9,188 bases of DNA, from NCBI GenBank assembly GCA_027031765.1, contig JALVPN010000200.1, forward strand, positions 1 through 9,188. Reading direction: 5' to 3'. Source of the stretch: Promethearchaeota archaeon (GTDB lineage Archaea > Asgardarchaeota > Thorarchaeia > Thorarchaeales > Thorarchaeaceae). Numbering within the stretch: position 1 is the stretch's first letter; every line of letters begins with the position of its first letter. The position numbers and the translations under genes are program-made. Positions 1-5,332 of the stretch are shown here, piece after piece. The notes under the pieces were generated by a model that saw only the letters and a list, made by a program, of their open reading frames with translations, ran no database searches and had not been told where the DNA came from.

Positions 1-1
1 T

Positions 2-547
2 ATGAAGTCTGCTAGGGTATCGCACCTGAGGCTTGAAGATGTCCGTGTGCCGCCAGGACAGGTGCTCGGCGAGCCCGGCCAGGGCTTCCAGATCCTGATG
101 GACGAGCTCGACAGCGAACGGACAGCCATCGCAGCCGAGGCCATTGGGTACGCCCGGACACCATACGAGATTGCAGTACGGTATGCGGCGGAACGACAGC
201 AGTTCGGGCGCCCAATCAGGATGTTCGAGGGTGTGAGCTTCAAGATTGCCGATATGGCCGTGAAGCTGGAGGCGGCGCGTGCACTGACCCTCACCGCAGC
301 ACGGATGCTCGACAGGGGTCTCAAGGCCACAAAACAGGCCTCCATTGCCAAGCTCTTTGCCACTGAGGCCGCCATCCAGATGACCAATGACGCCCTCCAG
401 GTCCTCGGTGGTGTCGGCTATACGACAGAGTACCCCATCGAGAGGTTCCTCAGGGATGCACGCCTCATGACCATTGGCGGCGGTACCGCCGAGATACTGC
501 GCTTCCTCATACAGAGGGAGGTCTACCGGGAGTTCTTTCCCAAGTGA
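2..547 (+). CDS. Acyl-CoA dehydrogenase, C-terminal part (5'-truncated by window edge)
   Basis: ACAD motifs in the translation: LEDVRVP...LGEPGQGF, YAAERQQFGRPI, VSFKIADM, ASIAKLFATE, ALQVLGGVGY, ERFLRDARLMTIGGGTAEI. The Met at 2 is internal by homology. Stop TGA at 545-547. Confidence 0.96.
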   Translation: MKSARVSHLRLEDVRVPPGQVLGEPGQGFQILMDELDSERTAIAAEAIGYARTPYEIAVRYAAERQQFGRPIRMFEGVSFKIADMAVKLEAARALTLTAARMLDRGLKATKQASIAKLFATEAAIQMTNDALQVLGGVGYTTEYPIERFLRDARLMTIGGGTAEILRFLIQREVYREFFPK

Positions 548-549
548 AC

Positions 550-582
550 TGGGGCCCTCTGAGAGAGGACAGGACAGCCCCA
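550..582 (+). terminator. GC-rich hairpin just after the ACAD stop (possible 3' end structure)
   Basis: TGGGGC 550-555 pairs with GCCCCA 577-582 and encloses CCTCT 556-560 / AGAGG 564-568. No U-tract follows. Confidence 0.35.
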
Positions 583-838
583 CTCAGTAGCACCGGGGGC
601 GGTCACACGGCAGTGGCCCGGGTGGTCGTAGTGGGGGCACGGTCAGGACAGGCATGCCCCTGAGCATCACCGGTCACAGTATTATTGCATGCACTTGTCC
701 ATCCATTCGACAGCCAAGGGTCGCGGAGTGGGTCAACACCGCGTCACGTATACCCTTCATGTCGCATCCATGAACGGATGCTGTCTGCCCCATCCGGACG
801 GGTGGACAGCCTGTGTTGCCGGCTCGGTATCTCAATGC

Positions 839-844
839 TTAATA
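839..844 (+). promoter_or_regulatory. Candidate archaeal TATA box (TTAATA) for the longin-like gene
   Basis: AT-rich hexamer in a GC-rich context, about 28-37 nt upstream of the GTG starts at 872/881. Confidence 0.45.
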
Positions 845-880
845 GCGGCGTGAGGACTGGTGGGCAGTGGTGTGTTCTCA

Positions 881-1441
881 GTGACAAAGATCGAGTACCT
901 GATGGTCTACACTCATGGCGGCCTCCCTATCTACAGCAAATGTTTCGGACACTTCTGCCAGACCGCATTCAAGAACCCCGAGTTGTTGACCGGCCTACTT
1001 TCCGCCCTCGAGTCAATCCCTCCGACCCTTGGTGACGGCCTGTCTCTTGAAGCCGTGAAGATGGGCTACACGACAATGCGGTTCTCAAAGGTCATGCCCG
1101 GTGGTCAGTCCGTCGTGATCGGGCTGTCTGAGGACGACCTTGCCACGGCGGAGGCCGTGTTCAATGGTGTCAAGCAGCTGTTCGAGCTTGACAAGTTCAA
1201 AGACGTAGACTGGGGTTACGTCCGCCGTGATATCGTGGACGCGTTCACCCAGGAGCTGGTCGACAGGGTACTTGTGGACGTAATGCACGAGAGGGGTGGC
1301 TTCCACGACGAGTGCCCCTTGGGTGACATGTGCCCGATGCACACGCGGGCCGACACTGCGGACAGCCGTGGGATCTGGAGTATCATCCGGTCAAAGTATG
1401 ACGAGTTGCGGCGCAGGATGCGGGCAAAAATGGGGGAGTGA
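881..1441 (+). CDS. Longin-fold-like protein (Asgard eukaryotic-signature type) with C-terminal Cys/His extension, 186 aa; alternative GTG starts at 872 and 860
   Basis: Segment order fits the longin beta-beta-alpha-beta-beta-beta-alpha-alpha fold: IEYLMVYT-HGG-LPIYSKCF, NPELLTGLLSALESI, LEAVKM, TMRFSKV, SVVIGLS, LATAEAVFNGVKQLF, VDAFTQELVDRVL. The N-terminus resembles the 'I..l.I...gGl.iy.k.f' start of TRAPP/AP-sigma-type longins. GGTG at 869-872 could be an RBS for 881. Recognised by eye only. Confidence 0.72.
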   Translation: MTKIEYLMVYTHGGLPIYSKCFGHFCQTAFKNPELLTGLLSALESIPPTLGDGLSLEAVKMGYTTMRFSKVMPGGQSVVIGLSEDDLATAEAVFNGVKQLFELDKFKDVDWGYVRRDIVDAFTQELVDRVLVDVMHERGGFHDECPLGDMCPMHTRADTADSRGIWSIIRSKYDELRRRMRAKMGE

Positions 1442-1451
1442 CCCCGGGACC

Positions 1452-1514
1452 GTTGTTGGGCTGCGTGCTGCCCGCACAACCCTGTCTTACCAAGGCTGAC
1501 ACGTCGTCCTTGGT
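1452..1514. terminator. Two hairpins between convergent genes (possible bidirectional terminator or 3' end stabiliser)
   Basis: GTTGTTGGGC 1452-1461 pairs with GCCCG-C-ACAAC 1470-1480 (one G-U, one bulge). ACCAAGG 1489-1495 pairs perfectly with CCTTGGT 1508-1514. Confidence 0.5.
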
Positions 1515-1515
1515 G

Positions 1516-3288
1516 TCAGAGCACCTCAAAGGCGACAATCCTGTACTCGTCGTCCATCTGCTGGAGCACGGCGTGGAAGCCGTCGCCAACACGTACAGAC
1601 AGCAGCTCGTACCAGTCATCAAGAGGCATCCACTCCCTCGTGCCCTCAATCCACTCGTACGTGGAGTTGTCTGTCCGGAGGACAATGTGGGTGTCACCCT
1701 CGTACACGTAGGAGCTGATATTGAGGACGGTTGCACTGAGCTCCACGGTACCTGTTGAGGGGTGGAGTGCATCCCTCACGGTCTGGACGTACCCCTCACG
1801 CACCTGTCTCACAAGGACCTCCCCCGTGACCGTGCCCCCACGTGTGAGCAGGTACTTTATCGTGGGGTCTTGCGCGTCGGCGATGGCGAAGGCGTGGAGC
1901 CGGATGTCAGTGATATAGTACTCTTCTGCGTCCGAGTCATAGTAGCCGTCGTACCAGTAGATTGGGCAGTACCATGCGTAGCGCATGACCCCCGGTGCTA
2001 TCTCGACCGGGTACAGCAGCGGCATGGCCCCAAAGTACGACCCGGAGGTCGGGTTCGGGAGCCCCTTTATGACCTCGTTGGTTGCAGCCTCACCGCTGAT
2101 CAGTGTTCCATTCGGAAAGGTGTGGAAGAATATCCCATCACGAGTGGCACGCATGATCCCGCTCAGGGTCAGGCTCGTTGACTCCGGTGGGTTCACCGCT
2201 ACAAGTGCCTCGACCCGCCCGTTGTCGGGGTTGATTATGTACCTCGTGTCCTCCGTCATCTCGAGCCTGTCCCTTGACGGCTGGACGACCCACAGGAAGC
2301 CCCCTGCGAACAGGTCGAAGCCGTCACCGCGTCTGTAGGCGCCCCACCTGTTGACCTGGCGTTCCAGCCACTCTTCACTGTAGACCTGTGAAACCCACGT
2401 TGGCGTTTCCTCTATGGTCGCATATCTCCTGACAGTGCCGTTCGAGCAGTATATCACCGGGCCCAGTGGCCGTTCCACCAGGTCCCAACCAATACTGGTC
2501 CTTGTCTGGATGTATACAAGGTTCCCCGCGGGGTCCCATGTCGGGTAGGCATACTCGTACAGCTCTGTCATGTCATTGAGGTAGTTCCTGAAGTGTATGT
2601 TCTGGTCCCAGAACAGGCCCTCCCCGGGCATCGTTGTCGGGATGTCCTCTATCACTTCTATCATCGCGGGGTCGTTCGCATCGACGACAACGAGGCTCTG
2701 GATGTAGTTCTCGGCCAGCACATTGGTGGAGACGACCACGCAGACCCAGACCAGCCGCCCATTCCGTGTCGTTATGTGGGTCGCGGCCACCTCGACATTG
2801 GAGCCTATCCCTGCAAAGTACTGTCTCGCAACAAAGGCCGCGTACTCGCCGGTGACCAGTCGTACCATGTTGTCTGGTATCGGACTGTTGAACAGTGGCT
2901 CGTCGGTCACCGTGATGAACGTGTCCACTGACTCGGCATTGGAGAGGCCTGATGTCCAGACAGCGATGCTCGTGAATGTCGGCAGTGTGACAATCATGAC
3001 CATTGCCACGCACATCACCGGGGTCTTGAAGTGCCTCAGGGAGGGTGGTCTCTTGCGTGGCATCCCGCTTATCAACAGCAGTACCATCCATCCATAGGCA
3101 AGCCCTACCACAGCCCACGGCAGTGTGGTCATTGTGGCCACAGTGGTCAGGGCCCAGACCAGCACCGCCCACAGCAACCTCAACGGCAACCAACGGATCA
3201 GCCGGCCAAAGCTCAGCATCCCGTCCTGATACGGGAACGGCATGCTGTACACGACAATGCAGACGAGGAGAAACAGTAGCATGTTCAA
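1516..3288 (-). CDS. Uncharacterised membrane-anchored protein, 590 aa: about 4 N-terminal TM helices and a large extracytoplasmic domain
   Basis: Long ORF with a TTG start 7 nt after GGAGG (3300..3296); an in-frame ATG at 3282 is an alternative. The first ~112 aa are hydrophobic, with a basic loop (PRKRPPSLRHFK) before the last TM. Four N-x-S/T sequons in the soluble part (NGT twice, NIS, NST). Confidence 0.88.
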   Translation of the reverse strand: MNMLLFLLVCIVVYSMPFPYQDGMLSFGRLIRWLPLRLLWAVLVWALTTVATMTTLPWAVVGLAYGWMVLLLISGMPRKRPPSLRHFKTPVMCVAMVMIVTLPTFTSIAVWTSGLSNAESVDTFITVTDEPLFNSPIPDNMVRLVTGEYAAFVARQYFAGIGSNVEVAATHITTRNGRLVWVCVVVSTNVLAENYIQSLVVVDANDPAMIEVIEDIPTTMPGEGLFWDQNIHFRNYLNDMTELYEYAYPTWDPAGNLVYIQTRTSIGWDLVERPLGPVIYCSNGTVRRYATIEETPTWVSQVYSEEWLERQVNRWGAYRRGDGFDLFAGGFLWVVQPSRDRLEMTEDTRYIINPDNGRVEALVAVNPPESTSLTLSGIMRATRDGIFFHTFPNGTLISGEAATNEVIKGLPNPTSGSYFGAMPLLYPVEIAPGVMRYAWYCPIYWYDGYYDSDAEEYYITDIRLHAFAIADAQDPTIKYLLTRGGTVTGEVLVRQVREGYVQTVRDALHPSTGTVELSATVLNISSYVYEGDTHIVLRTDNSTYEWIEGTREWMPLDDWYELLSVRVGDGFHAVLQQMDDEYRIVAFEVL

Positions 3289-3338
3289 TGGTGGGCCTCC
3301 GCAGCAGGTGTGACTGTCCCTTTGGGGTCGGGAGGCTA

Positions 3339-3350
3339 CTTATACGTTTG
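3339..3350 (-). promoter_or_regulatory. Candidate BRE/TATA element (CAAACGTATAAG) for the 590-aa membrane protein gene
   Basis: Minus-strand TATAAG at 3344..3339 preceded by A-rich CAAACG, about 50 nt upstream of the TTG start, leaving a short leader that contains the GGAGG RBS. Confidence 0.5.
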
Positions 3351-3520
3351 TCATCTGTCATCTCATCTATGTTGGCCGTTCCGGGTGTCCCCCGCAGTAC
3401 CTGCCGTTGGAACGGGCCACAGCATGTCCAGGGGTGGGACACACTGTCAGGGCCGTACTGGTGGGCGTCCCGTATGTGGGGGTCTGTTGGCCGGGGCGTC
3501 TGTCATGCTGCGGCCACCCC

Positions 3521-4060
3521 TCAGTCGGTGCCCTCCTCTATGGCCTCCCAGTCCATGCCGCCGTCGGCAACGAACTTCTCGACTGCCCCGCCAGCTCTGA
3601 GGAGCCCCATCAGGAACGGTGGGAGCGGTTCGAACTCCAACGGTTCGCCCGTTTCCACGACGACCGCATACCCTTTCTCAGGGTGGACTTCAAGTTCTGC
3701 ACCCTCTGCCACCAGGGGTGCTGAGTAGTGCAGTGCAAAGGCCGGCAGGCCCACATTGATGGCGTTCCTGAAGAATATCCTTGAGAACGTCTCGGCGATG
3801 ACGCACGATATCCCGAGCTCACGGAGCACCATCGGGGCCTCCTCCCTCGAAGACCCGCTGCCGAAGTCCCGTCCTGCAAGGATGATGTCACCACGCCTGA
3901 CCTCGGACGCAAAGTCGGGTCTCAATGGCTCCATTGCGTGCCTTGCCATCTCCGAGTAGTCCAGTATTGTGAGGTAACGGCCGGGGATGATCTGGTCGGT
4001 GTCCACATTGTCACCGAAGAGCCAGACCCGGCCACGGAGCACATGCAGGTCCCTCATCAC
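3521..4060 (-). CDS. leuD: 3-isopropylmalate dehydratase / homoaconitase family small subunit (archaeal-type LeuD/HacB), 179 aa
   Basis: GRVWLFGDNVDTDQIIPGRYL, AGRDFGSGSSREEAP, VIAETFSRIFFRNAINVGLP. GTG start at 4060 overlaps the leuC stop (GTGA); ATG at 4057 is an alternative. GGAG RBS at 4070..4067. Family is secure, substrate is not. Confidence 0.92.
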   Translation of the reverse strand: MMRDLHVLRGRVWLFGDNVDTDQIIPGRYLTILDYSEMARHAMEPLRPDFASEVRRGDIILAGRDFGSGSSREEAPMVLRELGISCVIAETFSRIFFRNAINVGLPAFALHYSAPLVAEGAELEVHPEKGYAVVVETGEPLEFEPLPPFLMGLLRAGGAVEKFVADGGMDWEAIEEGTD

Positions 4061-5325
4061 ACCACACTCCTGGGGTCTGTTATCTTCCCTGTGACTGCGC
4101 TGGCGGCCACAGTCGCCGGCGATGCCAGGTACACCTGTGACTCCCTGTCCCCCATCCGTCCCCTGAAGTTCCGGTTGGAAGTGGAGATGCAGACCTCATT
4201 CCCGGCCAGCACGCCGAGGTGTCCACCCACGCAGGCACCACAGGTCGGGTTCGTGACCACAGCCCCAGCCTCTGTGAGGGCCTCGATGTAGCCGGCCCTG
4301 AGGGCCTCCAGATAGACCTCTCTGCTCGCTGGCGTGACGATGAACCGCACACTGCGGTGCACCCTGTGTCCCTCCATCACCTGCGCGGCAAGTGCTATGT
4401 CCTCGAGCCTGCCATTGGTACAGGAGCCGAGGAAGGCCTGGTCTATCCGTATCCCCTCGTAGACGGAGACCGGGCGCACGTTGGTGGGGAGGTATGGCCC
4501 CGCCACCATGGGCCCCAGCTCCTCCTCAGACAGGTCTATCCTCATCACCCTGTAGTACTCGGCGTCCTCGTCCGGCTCAACAGCGTCCCAGTCCGCCCCC
4601 GGGGCCCTCCGTTTGAGCCACTCCCGCACGGCATCGTTCACACCCATCATTGCCGTCTTTGCCCCCGCCTCCACGGACATGTTGCACGTGGTCATCCGGG
4701 AGGCCACGCTCATCCTGTCCACCAGCCCTCCGTGGAACTCCACCGCCATGTAGTTGGCCCCATCAGTACCGAGCTCTCCGATGACCCGCAGGATGAGGTC
4801 CTTGCTGGTCACCATCTCGGGGAACTCCCCCTCTATCTCAACACGGATGCTCTCTGGCACCCTGAACCAGCACTTGCCGGTGGCAATTATCACTGCGGAG
4901 TCAGTGGCCGCAAGACCCGTTGCAAAGGCATTGAACGCACCATACGTATTGGTATGGGAGTCACAGCCTACGATGAGCTCGCCAGGTCGTGCCAGCCCCG
5001 CCTCAGGTAGCACCTGATGGCATATCCCCTTTCCCACGTCAAAGAAGTGGGGGATGCCGTGTTCGCTGACAAACTGGCGGTTGCGGCGGTGGATCACTGC
5101 GCTCCTGATGTCCGGTGCCGGCGCCCAGTGGTCGTTGACGACAACAATGTCCTCCGGGTCCCAGACCCGCGTGACGCCCATCCTGTCGAGCAGTGGGATG
5201 ACACGGGAACCGAGCACCTCGTGCACCATCAGCCTGTCCACCCTCGCGACTATGAACTTGCCCGGACGGACAGTCCCCCGTACAACGTGGGACTCCAGGA
5301 CCTTCTCGGCCATCGTCTGTCCCAA
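4057..5325 (-). CDS. leuC: 3-isopropylmalate dehydratase / homoaconitase family large subunit (LeuC/HacA), 422 aa
   Basis: TTG start at 5325 gives the canonical MGQTMAEKVL N-terminus, 6 nt after GGGTGAT. Motifs DHWAP, GICHQV, GCDSHT, and the three [4Fe-4S] cysteines in FLGSCTNGR and PTCGACVG, plus STSNRNFRGRMG and YLASPA. The ORF-track extension to 5514 overlaps leuB and is rejected. Confidence 0.93.
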   Translation of the reverse strand: MGQTMAEKVLESHVVRGTVRPGKFIVARVDRLMVHEVLGSRVIPLLDRMGVTRVWDPEDIVVVNDHWAPAPDIRSAVIHRRNRQFVSEHGIPHFFDVGKGICHQVLPEAGLARPGELIVGCDSHTNTYGAFNAFATGLAATDSAVIIATGKCWFRVPESIRVEIEGEFPEMVTSKDLILRVIGELGTDGANYMAVEFHGGLVDRMSVASRMTTCNMSVEAGAKTAMMGVNDAVREWLKRRAPGADWDAVEPDEDAEYYRVMRIDLSEEELGPMVAGPYLPTNVRPVSVYEGIRIDQAFLGSCTNGRLEDIALAAQVMEGHRVHRSVRFIVTPASREVYLEALRAGYIEALTEAGAVVTNPTCGACVGGHLGVLAGNEVCISTSNRNFRGRMGDRESQVYLASPATVAASAVTGKITDPRSVV

Positions 5326-5332
5326 GACAGCA

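Noticed and set aside
548-859. Possible tRNA, SRP RNA, RNase P RNA or C/D box sRNA in the first intergenic region
   Set aside because: By eye, no cloverleaf or T-loop, SRP helix-8 motif, RNase P GAGGAAAGUCC motif or ordered box C/D pair. A covariance-model search would be needed to exclude divergent forms.
685-1035. 116-aa ORF spanning the intergenic region and longin start
   Set aside because: Out-of-frame overlap with the better-supported longin-like gene; Arg/Pro/Ser-rich with no family features.
1438-1758. 106-aa plus-strand ORF overlapping the longin stop as GTGA with a G-rich upstream sequence
   Set aside because: Mostly antisense to the membrane protein gene, runs through the hairpin region, and has no recognisable motif.
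3350-3451. Box C-like AGAUGA repeats and a CUGA on the minus strand suggesting a C/D sRNA
   Set aside because: Imperfect box C, and the CUGA lies upstream of the C-like motifs, which is the wrong order.
2573-3728. Long alternative ORFs 2573..3442 (-) and 3045..3728 (+)
   Set aside because: Shadow ORFs expected in GC-rich DNA; they overlap the membrane protein or leuD genes and show no motifs.
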